From: a candidate division NPL-UPA2 bacterium Unc8
GTDB taxonomy: Bacteria > NPL-UPA2
DNA length: 22,758 nt
Reading direction: 5' to 3'
NCBI GenBank assembly: GCA_003574845.1
Contig: NDHY01000002.1
Location: 142,317 to 165,074 of the forward strand
Positions 8,157-16,401 of the stretch are shown here, one piece after another. Each line of letters starts with the position of its first letter. Positions within the stretch are counted from its first letter, which is position 1. The position numbers and the translations under genes are program-made. The notes beneath the pieces were generated by a model. That model was not told the origin of the DNA, ran no database searches, and worked only from the letters and a program-made list of their open reading frames with translations.

Positions 8157-8837
8157 ATGAAAAAAGCAAGCAAGCACTGCACCCGACCGCTATCAGGAAG
8201 GAAGCCATTGGAGAATTTGAAGAACACAGACAGTAACACCGCCATAGCAAAAAAGAGATTGTCGGAAGAGATTGAAGAGTTGTTAGAGCAACTACCTCTG
8301 AAGATAGGAAGCGGCGAGAGAACAATTACCATAGGCGAGTTTATTGAGCACATTTCCTCCAGAGGATTTGAAGTAGCCCTCCTTCTTTTTTCGCTGCCTG
8401 TGGCATTCCCTGCTCCAGCGATTGGGCATGCCACTCTTCTTGGTCCGCTAATTATACTATTTGGGGTGCAGATGATTATCGGCAGGGACTCTCTCTGGCT
8501 ACCACGCTGGATTTGTTTGAGGAGTGTTCCAGTAAAGTTTATTTCTTTTTTGAAGAAGAAAGGACTGCCTTTCTTAAAAAGGGTAGAAGAGCGACTCGGT
8601 AGAGGGAAGAAGTTAGTACTACAAAGAACTCTTCACATTCCCATTGGATTGGTTGTTGTGGCAATGGGATTAATTATGATGATTCCTATCCCATTTACAA
8701 ATACTATACCAGCACTTATAGTTTTTATCCTCAGTCTCGGTTTAATTGCCAATAACGACCTACTTGTCTTATTCAGTCTTATAGCCGGAGCTTCTCTGCC
8801 AATCTTCTTTCTGATAATTATCACCTTTATTATTTAG
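8157..8837 (+). CDS. ExoD-family membrane protein
   Basis: ITIGEFIEHISSRGF, LLLFSLP, QMIIGRDSLWLPRWI and PIPFTNTIPA motifs; start is ATG 8157 or TTG 8208. Confidence 0.85.
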   Translation: MKKASKHCTRPLSGRKPLENLKNTDSNTAIAKKRLSEEIEELLEQLPLKIGSGERTITIGEFIEHISSRGFEVALLLFSLPVAFPAPAIGHATLLGPLIILFGVQMIIGRDSLWLPRWICLRSVPVKFISFLKKKGLPFLKRVEERLGRGKKLVLQRTLHIPIGLVVVAMGLIMMIPIPFTNTIPALIVFILSLGLIANNDLLVLFSLIAGASLPIFFLIIITFII

Positions 8838-8880
8838 AAATCTAATTCAGAAACTGTAGCAACAAGCAGGCGAACCTCAG

Positions 8881-9897
8881 ATGGAAACAAAAAAGTTTGA
8901 TTATTCACTCCCGAAAGAGCTAATCGCCCAAACGCCACTTGAGCCCAGAGATTCTTCCAGGTTGTTAGTGCTTGAGAGAAAAAAGAGAAGGATAGGAAAC
9001 GATGCCTTCAGGAATGTTATAAATTATTTAAGCCCCGGCGATGTTCTGGTGCTGAATGACACCAGAGTTATTCCTGCCCGGCTTCCGGCTCGCAGAGTCA
9101 GCGGAGGAAAAGCAGAGATATTCCTGTTGAAGAAATTAAGAGGAGCCAGATGGGAGGCTTTGGTGAAGCCCGGGGCTAAATTGCCTCCAGGTGCGGAAGT
9201 CATCATCAGAGAAGGCATAAATGTTAAAATATTAGAAGAATCAGATGATGGGCACAGAATCATAGAATTTCTTCCCCCCGGCACAGGAGAACTTGCCTTG
9301 AAAGAGTTCGGACAAATTCCCCTTCCGCCATACATAAAGAAGCCCATTTCCGACCCGGATAGATATCAGACAATATATGCCGAAAAAAATGGTTCGGTAG
9401 CCGCTCCTACCGCAGCGCTGCATTTTACATCAACATTGCTGAAGCAAATAGAAGACAAGGGTATAGTAATTCTCTACCTGACTCTCCACATGGGATTGGG
9501 GAGCTTTCAGCCCATCAGGGAAGAAACCGTGGAAGACCACAAGATGCCACCTGAATACTATTGTATCCCGGAAATAACAGCCAAAAGAGTAAATCAGGCT
9601 AAAAAAAGCGGAAAGAAAATAATCCCCTGCGGCACGGACGTGGTAAGAGCACTGGAAGCATCAACAAAAAACGAAAGACTTCAGAGCGGCTGTGGCAATA
9701 CCTCTCTTTTCATCACCAATAATTATAAGTTTAAAATTGTTGATACCTTAATCACCAACCTTCATCTCCCCCGCTCTTCCCATTTAGTTTTAGTATCTGC
9801 TTTTGCCGGTAGAGATTTTGTCTTAAAGGCTTATCAGTATGCAGTAAATAAGAAATTTAGATTTTATACCTTTGGCGACGCCACAATAGTAATATGA
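8881..9897 (+). CDS. queA: S-adenosylmethionine:tRNA ribosyltransferase-isomerase
   Basis: FDYSLPKELIAQTP, RDSSRLL, NDTRVIPARL, PLPPYI, RYQTIYA, GSVAAPTA and FRFYTFGDA motifs. Confidence 0.97.
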   Translation: METKKFDYSLPKELIAQTPLEPRDSSRLLVLERKKRRIGNDAFRNVINYLSPGDVLVLNDTRVIPARLPARRVSGGKAEIFLLKKLRGARWEALVKPGAKLPPGAEVIIREGINVKILEESDDGHRIIEFLPPGTGELALKEFGQIPLPPYIKKPISDPDRYQTIYAEKNGSVAAPTAALHFTSTLLKQIEDKGIVILYLTLHMGLGSFQPIREETVEDHKMPPEYYCIPEITAKRVNQAKKSGKKIIPCGTDVVRALEASTKNERLQSGCGNTSLFITNNYKFKIVDTLITNLHLPRSSHLVLVSAFAGRDFVLKAYQYAVNKKFRFYTFGDATIVI

Positions 9898-9901
9898 AAA
9901 G

Positions 9902-10004
9902 AAGGGGTTCTGGTAAGCGCAGAGCCGATTATGACGCAGGCCACAGGCCGAGTAATAAGAAAGGCCAAGCGAACCAGAATCCCTTGCGAAAAATAGAGTT
10001 GACC
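9902..10004 (+). repeat. 103-bp structured interspersed repeat, copy 1
   Basis: 95/103 identical to 16402-16504; 13-bp terminal stem AAGGGGTTCTGGT/ACCAGAATCCCTT. Confidence 0.95.
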
Positions 10005-10021
10005 AGATAACTCTATTTATG

Positions 10022-10049
10022 TTAGATATTAGATGTTAGAGATTAGACC
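10022..10049. repeat. Heptamer tract (TTAGANN x4)
   Basis: TTAGATA TTAGATG TTAGAGA TTAGACC upstream of tmk. Confidence 0.8.
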
Positions 10050-10068
10050 TAATACCCAGGAAAAGGTT

Positions 10069-10707
10069 ATGAGAGAAAATGGAGTATTGATTACCCTTGA
10101 GGGTACAGAAGGAAGCGGAAAGTCAACTCAGGTAAAACACCTTTCCCATTACTTAGCGGACAAAGGACTTTCAACGCTAACAACCCTGGAGCCAGGTGGT
10201 ACCCCTCTTGGGATGAAATTGAGGAGGATTCTTCTCGCCTCAAAGGCAGATGAAATAGCCCCGCTGCCAGAGCTTTTTCTCTACCTGGCTGAGCGGGCTC
10301 AACATGTGTGCGAGGTGATAATACCTGCACTTTCCGAAGGAAAAATTGTTATCTCAGACCGATTCCTTGACGCTACCGTAGCCTATCAGGGGTATGGACG
10401 CAATCTTGACCTAACCTTAATTGAGAAGCTGAATGAATTAGCCTCTCAGGGAATTAAGCCTGATTTGACTATCTTGCTTGATATAGAAATTTTATCTGGA
10501 ATGAAGCGAGCAAAAAGAGGTATGAAAGGAGACAGATTAGAGGAAGAAGGAGATTTTTTTCATAATCAGGTGCGGGAAGGATACCTGAAGATTGCTGCAT
10601 TTGAACCTGAGCGGGTAAAGGTTGTTAATGCCAGTGACTCTATGGATAATATCCGGGCTGCCATAAGAAAACATGTGGATAAACTACTTATAGGCAGGTT
10701 CTACTAA
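10069..10707 (+). CDS. tmk: Thymidylate kinase
   Basis: ITLEGTEGSGKSTQ, EPGGT, ISDRFLDATVAYQGYGR and PDLTILLD motifs. ATG 10069 preferred because ATG 10033 lies in the heptamer tract. Confidence 0.96.
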   Translation: MRENGVLITLEGTEGSGKSTQVKHLSHYLADKGLSTLTTLEPGGTPLGMKLRRILLASKADEIAPLPELFLYLAERAQHVCEVIIPALSEGKIVISDRFLDATVAYQGYGRNLDLTLIEKLNELASQGIKPDLTILLDIEILSGMKRAKRGMKGDRLEEEGDFFHNQVREGYLKIAAFEPERVKVVNASDSMDNIRAAIRKHVDKLLIGRFY

Positions 10708-10713
10708 AAAGCG

Positions 10714-11736
10714 ATGCCATTTACCGATATTATTGGCCAGAAACAAGTCATAAGGATGTTGAGAAACTCCCTGAGACAGGCAAGGCTTCCTCATGCTCTG
10801 CTCTTTGCCGGACCAGAAGGAGTTGACAGACACCTCACCGCTAAGATATTGGCGCAGGCAATCAATTGCGAGAGAGAGCATACCGACGCCTGTGGAGATT
10901 GCCCATCCTGCTTAAGGATTGAGCGCCATAGTTATCCTGATGTTTCCTGGCTTGAGCCCTCAGGTGCCTCCCGCCAGATAGGAATAGATAGTATTCGCCA
11001 GCTTCGCCACAACATATCACTGAAGTCAGCAGGAAAAGGAAAAGTGTATATAATCTCTGAAGCTGACCGCATGACCACCGATGCCAGTAATGCGCTCTTA
11101 AAAACGCTTGAGGAGCCGCCGGAAAATTCAGTTCTTATTCTCATTACCTCCTCCCCTGAGCATCTCTTTCCCACGGTGACTTCCAGGTGTCAGATGATGA
11201 AATTTTTCCCATTGCGTGGAAAAAAGGTAGAGGAGAAAGTCTGCAAAGAAGAAAGAGCTAAAATGCTGGGCATCTTAGATATGGCATCATTCGGGGCTAC
11301 TTCAGGGAAAGCTATTGAGATGGCAGCCCGTGTAATGGAAATAACAGATTGTTTTAAAAAAGAGATGGAGGGGAAAGCAGCTAAGGAAGTAAGTGACTTA
11401 ACCGAGGTGCTTGGTGCAACGGCGGTAAAGGAAATTAAAAAGAAATTAACCGCCGATATTTCAGGGAAGGTTCGGGCAAAACTTCTGAGAATGTTAGATA
11501 TTGTCCTCTCCTGGTATCGGGACATTTTTGTCTTGAAAGCAGGCGGAGAGGAGTTTCTTATCAATCCTGACCGAAGGCGTGAACTTGAGCGAGCAGGGAA
11601 ATCTTTTTCAACCTCCTCTCTCATAAGGATTATGGAAGAGATAGAGAAGACAAAGGAAGTTATAGACCGTAATGTCAGCCCCAGGCTGGCGATTGAAGTG
11701 ATGATGATAAGGATAATAGAGGAACTTAAGCAATGA
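10714..11736 (+). CDS. holB: DNA polymerase III subunit delta'
   Basis: FTDIIGQ, HALLFAGPEG, zinc module C...CGDCPSC, NALLKTLEEPP and TVTSRC; tmk-holB-yaaT synteny. Confidence 0.93.
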   Translation: MPFTDIIGQKQVIRMLRNSLRQARLPHALLFAGPEGVDRHLTAKILAQAINCEREHTDACGDCPSCLRIERHSYPDVSWLEPSGASRQIGIDSIRQLRHNISLKSAGKGKVYIISEADRMTTDASNALLKTLEEPPENSVLILITSSPEHLFPTVTSRCQMMKFFPLRGKKVEEKVCKEERAKMLGILDMASFGATSGKAIEMAARVMEITDCFKKEMEGKAAKEVSDLTEVLGATAVKEIKKKLTADISGKVRAKLLRMLDIVLSWYRDIFVLKAGGEEFLINPDRRRELERAGKSFSTSSLIRIMEEIEKTKEVIDRNVSPRLAIEVMMIRIIEELKQ

Positions 11737-12539
11737 CTATGGCGATAAAAGTTGAGACGGAAGAGGGGATAATCCTTTGCCTTAAATCAGAATGGCTTAA
11801 ACTTAGTCCTGGTGATGAGATAATTATTATAGGGGAAAGAGGAGAAGAAGTCGGGAAGGTCCTTCCTTACCCCGAGATGCCAATCACCACACAGTTTAGG
11901 CAAAGAAAGGTTTTAAAAGAAATAAAGAGGAAGATGACAGAGAATGACAGAGAGAGAAGAGAAGAAAACTTAAAAAGAGAAAATGAGATATTTGAAACAT
12001 GTTTAAAGAAAATAAAGGAAGAAAATATCCTGATAAAACTTATCACTGCCGACTGCTCATTTGATGGAAAGATAGTAACGCTTTATTTTACCGCCAAGGA
12101 AAGAATGGATTTCCGTGATTTAGTAAGAGACATTGCTTCTTTCTTTAATGTTAAGGTGGAGATGCGGCAGATCAGCGTCAGAGAGGAGGCGAAACGAATT
12201 AGCGGTTGCGGCAGTTGCGGCAGGCCTTTCTGTTGCACTACATTCATCAAAGAATTTGAGCCAACCACAATTACAATGGCGAAGGAGCAGGGGCTCTCTC
12301 TTGACCCGGATAGGGTTTCTGGTCCCTGTGGAAGAATTTTATGCTGCATAGGATACGAATATCAGACATACGAGGAAATGAGCAAGAAGTTGCCGCCGAA
12401 GGGGTCCAGAGTAACAATGGGAAAGGTAAGCGGAAAGGTTGTTGGTATTAATCCGCTCCGGCAAACGGTAACCCTTGACCTTGGAGATGGGCAAAAAACT
12501 GACGTTCCAATAACTAATCTTGAGGTGAAGTTAGATTAG
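11733..12539 (+). CDS. PSP1-domain protein (YaaT/RicT family)
   Basis: YFTAKERMDFRDLVRD, EMRQI, GCGSCGRPFCC, MAKEQGL and SGPCGRILCCIGYE motifs. Confidence 0.94.
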   Translation: MTMAIKVETEEGIILCLKSEWLKLSPGDEIIIIGERGEEVGKVLPYPEMPITTQFRQRKVLKEIKRKMTENDRERREENLKRENEIFETCLKKIKEENILIKLITADCSFDGKIVTLYFTAKERMDFRDLVRDIASFFNVKVEMRQISVREEAKRISGCGSCGRPFCCTTFIKEFEPTTITMAKEQGLSLDPDRVSGPCGRILCCIGYEYQTYEEMSKKLPPKGSRVTMGKVSGKVVGINPLRQTVTLDLGDGQKTDVPITNLEVKLD

Positions 12540-12927
12540 GATATGTTGCCCTTACAGTGATACTAATCCCCCCACGTGGACGAAATTCCCCGCTTACTTC
12601 TGCTCTGCGCGGCGAGGATGCTTTAATAACGGCATCAAGGATTTTATTTACAGCGTCTTCGTTAAAAATCCCGACACTACGAAAAGAAAAAAGGTAAAGC
12701 TTAAGAGACTTTGCCTCAAGACATTTCTTATCAGGGATGTATCTTATCGTTATTGTGCCGAAGTCCGGTTGGGCTGTCTCAGGACAGATAGAGGTGAACT
12801 CAGGGCAGTGAAACGTTATCCAGTAATCCCGCTTTGAATACTTATTTACAAATGTCTCCAGAGACGCTTCATCCGGTGAAGAAGGATACCCTCTTATTTT
12901 TTTGCCTAAAAAAGTCAGCTTATTCAT
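12514..12927 (-). CDS. queF: PreQ0 reductase, type 1 short form
   Basis: PEFTSICPETAQPDFG, EAKSLKLYLFSFR and FRPRGGI motifs. Confidence 0.96.
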   Translation of the reverse strand: MNKLTFLGKKIRGYPSSPDEASLETFVNKYSKRDYWITFHCPEFTSICPETAQPDFGTITIRYIPDKKCLEAKSLKLYLFSFRSVGIFNEDAVNKILDAVIKASSPRRAEVSGEFRPRGGISITVRATYPNLTSPQD

Positions 12928-12932
12928 ACTAA

Positions 12933-13057
12933 CAGTCTTCAGTTCACAGTTTACAGTTTACAGTTTACCTGTCTGCGTGCAACCGCACAGGCAGGCAGTT
13001 CTGACTTCTGACTTCCAATCACCATTCACCAATCACCATTCACTATTCACTATTTAC
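12933..13057. repeat. Composite repeat block: three heptamer tracts with an embedded 28-bp palindrome
   Basis: CAGTYYW x5 (12933-12967), palindrome CCTGTCTGCGTGCAACCGCACAGGCAGG (12968-12995), TTCTGAC x2 plus TTCCAAT, and CACYAWT x5 (13020-13054). Confidence 0.92.
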
Positions 13058-13732
13058 CAGGGGGTCAGAAATTCCCGCTTCCCTGAATCCCTTGCGGCGC
13101 AGACTGCAGCTATCACAACAACCGCAGACGCCTCCATCCGCACGAGGGTCGTAACAGCTCCAGGTAAGAGAATAATCAACTCCAAGAGACAGTCCCTTTT
13201 TGATGATCTCTCCACGGGAAAGATTAATAAGTGGAGAGTGAATTCTAATTTTTTCCTTCCCCACTCCCATTTTTGTTCCAAGATTTGCAGTTTTTTCAAA
13301 TGATTCAATAAACTCCGGTCGGCAATCTGGATAGCCGCTGTAATCAACAGCACTCACCCCGATGAAAATTTCACCTGTTCCAAGTGCTTCTGCCCATGCC
13401 ACGGCACAGGAGAGAAAAATGACGTTGCGGGCAGGGACATAAGTTAACGGAATCTCTTCTTTCATCTCCTGCGGAGAGCGGTTATGAGGAATTGCCAGCT
13501 CTTTATCCGTTAGTGAGGAGCCGCCAATTGTCTCCAGACCAAGTCTTAGCACTTTGTGCTCTTTAACACCTATCTGGTGGGAAATTTTCTCTGCCGCTGT
13601 TATTTCGCGCAGATGTCTTTGCCCGTAATTAAAGGTCATCGCATAAAGCTCAAACCCTTCACTCTTAGCTATGGCAAGGGTAGTCGCTGAATCAAGCCCT
13701 CCACTTAAAAGAATAACTGCTTTCTTACTCAT
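13043..13732 (-). CDS. queC: 7-cyano-7-deazaguanine synthase
   Basis: LLSGGLDS, FNYGQRH, TYVPARN, DYSGYPDCRPEF, TWSCY and CGCCDSCSLR motifs. Confidence 0.98.
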   Translation of the reverse strand: MSKKAVILLSGGLDSATTLAIAKSEGFELYAMTFNYGQRHLREITAAEKISHQIGVKEHKVLRLGLETIGGSSLTDKELAIPHNRSPQEMKEEIPLTYVPARNVIFLSCAVAWAEALGTGEIFIGVSAVDYSGYPDCRPEFIESFEKTANLGTKMGVGKEKIRIHSPLINLSRGEIIKKGLSLGVDYSLTWSCYDPRADGGVCGCCDSCSLRRKGFREAGISDPLVNSE

Positions 13733-13832
13733 CGTATTATAATTTTTACCACACTTTTTTGATTATACTACAAATAGGTAGTAATGCAAAAAAGATTTCC
13801 TGTTTTTATTAACGCAATGTATAATAGTTATT

Positions 13833-15677
13833 ATGAAACACGGATTAAAAAAAGAGCTTACATTATTAGATATCTTCTGCGCGACGGCGGGCGCAATGAT
13901 AAGTTCAGGGCTATTTATCCTGCCAGGATTAGCTTTTGCTCAAGCAGGCCCAGCAATTATTCTGTCATATATAATAGCGGGAATTCTTTGTCTCCCTGCC
14001 CTTTTAAGTACGGCGGAATTAATTACCGCTATGCCTAAAGCTGGAGGAAACTATTTTTACATTATGAGAGGCTTTGGGCCTCTTTTAGGAACGGTAGTCG
14101 GTTTTTCTGCATGGCTTTCTTCGAGCCTAAAGGGGGCATTTGCTCTAATCGGTATGGGTGCCTACTTAATCTTGCTCACTGATTTGTCATTGGAAGTCAT
14201 TGCTCTCATTTGCTGTATATTTTTTATTATCCTGAATTTAATCGGCATAAAAGAAGCGGGAAGATTTCAGGTATTTTTAGTCTTAGGGTTTCTGAGTACA
14301 CTTTTGGTCTATATCGTTTGGGGGACAAAAACAGTTAATCCTGAAAATTTCTCGCCTTTTTTTGCTAAAGGATTAGATTCTGTGTTTACCATGACAAGTT
14401 TTGTTTTTATCTCTTACGGAGGTTTGATCGAAGTGACCACCTTAGCTGAGGAGACAAAAAATCCAGGAAGAGATTTTCCCTTAGGTATGATTCTTTCTCT
14501 TATTGTAGTCTCTATTGTGTATGCTTTAGTTATTTTTGTAACCATAGGGGTTTTGAATCCGGAAAACCTGGGAGTGTCCCTTACTCCTATATCTGATGGA
14601 GCAGGAGTTTTTGGGGGCAATACTTTGAAAATAATAATAGGCGTAGGTGCATTCTTAGCCTTTATTTCTACTGCTAATTCAGGGATTATGACTGCCTCAA
14701 GATACCCTTTAGCAATGAGCCGGGATAAACTTTTACCTCCAGGTTTTCAAAAAATAAGTTCTAAGTTTAAGACCCCATATACTGCTATTCTTTTTACCGG
14801 CTTCTTTATGATTACGGCTATTTTATTTTTGAGGCTTGAATTATTAGTAAAAGTTGCCTCAGGTGTATTGATTTTACTCTATATCTTTGCCAATCTGACT
14901 CTTATTTTATTTAGAGAAAGTAAGATCTCAAGTTATCAACCAAAATTCCATTCTCCTTTCTATCCTTATCTCCAGGTCTTAGGGATATCAGGAGGGCTTT
15001 TTCTGTTGATGGGAATGGGAATGCTTATTATTTTCTTAACTACAGTTTTTCTTCTGTTAGGATTTATCTGGTATAAAGCCTATGCACAAAAAAGAGCGAG
15101 TCAGGATTCAGCTCTTATATATGTTTTAGAAAGACTGGTAGCCAGAGATAAAGAGCTAACCTCGGATAATCTTCTTACCGAATTAAAGGACATCGTTATT
15201 GAAAGAGACGAAGTTATAAGGGATAAATTCCATAAACTTATTGAAGAAAGTAAAGTTTTAGATATAGAGGAGCCCCTTAAAATGGAGGATTTCTTTAAAG
15301 AGGTCTCAGATATTTTGGGAAAAGACCTGAACTTAGAGCCCAGGGAGCTACTAAAGAAATTTATGAAGAGAGAAGAAGAATCCAGTACAGTAATCCGTAA
15401 GGGGTTAGCCATTCCTCATATTGTTGTTGATGGCAGGAATGTCTTTAAAGTTCTTCTGGCAAGAGCAAAAACAGGCATTATTTTACCCGGTGATAAATTA
15501 GTGCATATTATATTTGTTATTGTAGGCTCCCACGATGAGCGCAACCTGCACCTGAAGGTTTTAGCTTCCATGGCCCAGATTGCCCAATGCCCTGAATTTG
15601 ATGAGAAGTGGTCCAGGGCAAGGAGCGCAGAAGAACTAAGAAACATTATTCTTCTAACTGAAAGAAGAAAAGACTAA
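13833..15677 (+). CDS. APC-family amino acid permease fused to a C-terminal PTS EIIA (fructose/nitrogen-type) domain
   Basis: GAMISSGLFILPG, AELITAMPKAGG, LAEETKNPGR and ASRYPLAMSRD with many TM segments; C-terminal KREEESSTVIRKGLAIPH...HLKVLA. Confidence 0.9.
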   Translation: MKHGLKKELTLLDIFCATAGAMISSGLFILPGLAFAQAGPAIILSYIIAGILCLPALLSTAELITAMPKAGGNYFYIMRGFGPLLGTVVGFSAWLSSSLKGAFALIGMGAYLILLTDLSLEVIALICCIFFIILNLIGIKEAGRFQVFLVLGFLSTLLVYIVWGTKTVNPENFSPFFAKGLDSVFTMTSFVFISYGGLIEVTTLAEETKNPGRDFPLGMILSLIVVSIVYALVIFVTIGVLNPENLGVSLTPISDGAGVFGGNTLKIIIGVGAFLAFISTANSGIMTASRYPLAMSRDKLLPPGFQKISSKFKTPYTAILFTGFFMITAILFLRLELLVKVASGVLILLYIFANLTLILFRESKISSYQPKFHSPFYPYLQVLGISGGLFLLMGMGMLIIFLTTVFLLLGFIWYKAYAQKRASQDSALIYVLERLVARDKELTSDNLLTELKDIVIERDEVIRDKFHKLIEESKVLDIEEPLKMEDFFKEVSDILGKDLNLEPRELLKKFMKREEESSTVIRKGLAIPHIVVDGRNVFKVLLARAKTGIILPGDKLVHIIFVIVGSHDERNLHLKVLASMAQIAQCPEFDEKWSRARSAEELRNIILLTERRKD

Positions 15678-16315
15678 AGTTGAGCCGTTTCAGTCGGACT
15701 ATTGGAATTTTGTGGATTGGGTTGGCTAATTTCAAAATCGCTGGCATTGTCATTAGTATCCCAGCCATTACCCTGACCACGAATAACTCCCCGGTCATTA
15801 CTCTTACGTTCCAGGCTTTTGCCTTTAGGGGCGTCCATGGCCGGCTTTCCTTCACCTGCCCCGGACGGACCATCTTTATGCATGCCATATTGCAAGCCGT
15901 CAATAATATCGCCGTTAGCATCCTTTAGTACAATGCCATCGCCGGGTCCGTTTTGCCAGTCTACTTTTGTCAATCTAATCAGGTCAGGGATTACTTCCTC
16001 ACCGCCCCAGTCAGCAGAATTTAACGGACTTTTCTCTCCAATCAGAAAGTATCCACCTGGAGCTATTGAGGTATCCTCCGGAATAGTTACCGTACTTTGC
16101 AATTTTCCTGTCTGATTATAATGCGTTAACTTCCATCCTGAAATGTCCACCGCGGCTTTAGTGGGATTATAAAGTTCTACAAATTCATTATTATCGCCTC
16201 CATCTTCATCATAGAAAAACTCACTAATCACCACATAATCGGCCACACTTGCCTCTACCACACTCGCCAGACCGACCATCATTACAATCAAAAACCCCGC
16301 TAACAACTTGAGCAT
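15674..16315 (-). CDS. Secreted lamin-tail-domain (LTD) protein
   Basis: Signal peptide, then VVISEFFYD, EFVELYNPT, VDISGWKL, IAPGGYFLI, SLERK, DTNDNASDF and PNPQN motifs; GGAG SD. Confidence 0.88.
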   Translation of the reverse strand: MLKLLAGFLIVMMVGLASVVEASVADYVVISEFFYDEDGGDNNEFVELYNPTKAAVDISGWKLTHYNQTGKLQSTVTIPEDTSIAPGGYFLIGEKSPLNSADWGGEEVIPDLIRLTKVDWQNGPGDGIVLKDANGDIIDGLQYGMHKDGPSGAGEGKPAMDAPKGKSLERKSNDRGVIRGQGNGWDTNDNASDFEISQPNPQNSNSPTETAQL

Positions 16316-16334
16316 CTCCTCTCCCTCTTCTTAA

Positions 16335-16390
16335 CAGTCCACAGTCGACAGTCTAACAGCCTACACCTTCAGCTTTTAGCCTACAGCCTA
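16335..16390. repeat. Heptamer tract (CAGTCNA / CAGCCTA-like)
   Basis: CAGTCCA CAGTCGA CAGTCTA A CAGCCTA CACCTT CAGCTTT TAGCCTA CAGCCTA; shares 17 nt (CAGTCTAACAGCCTACA) with 384-400. Confidence 0.88.
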
Positions 16391-16401
16391 TCTATTGAAG
16401 T

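Noticed and set aside
13733-13832. PreQ1 riboswitch upstream of queC
   Set aside because: No preQ1-I stem-loop plus A-rich tail recognisable; the leader after the candidate -10 is very short.
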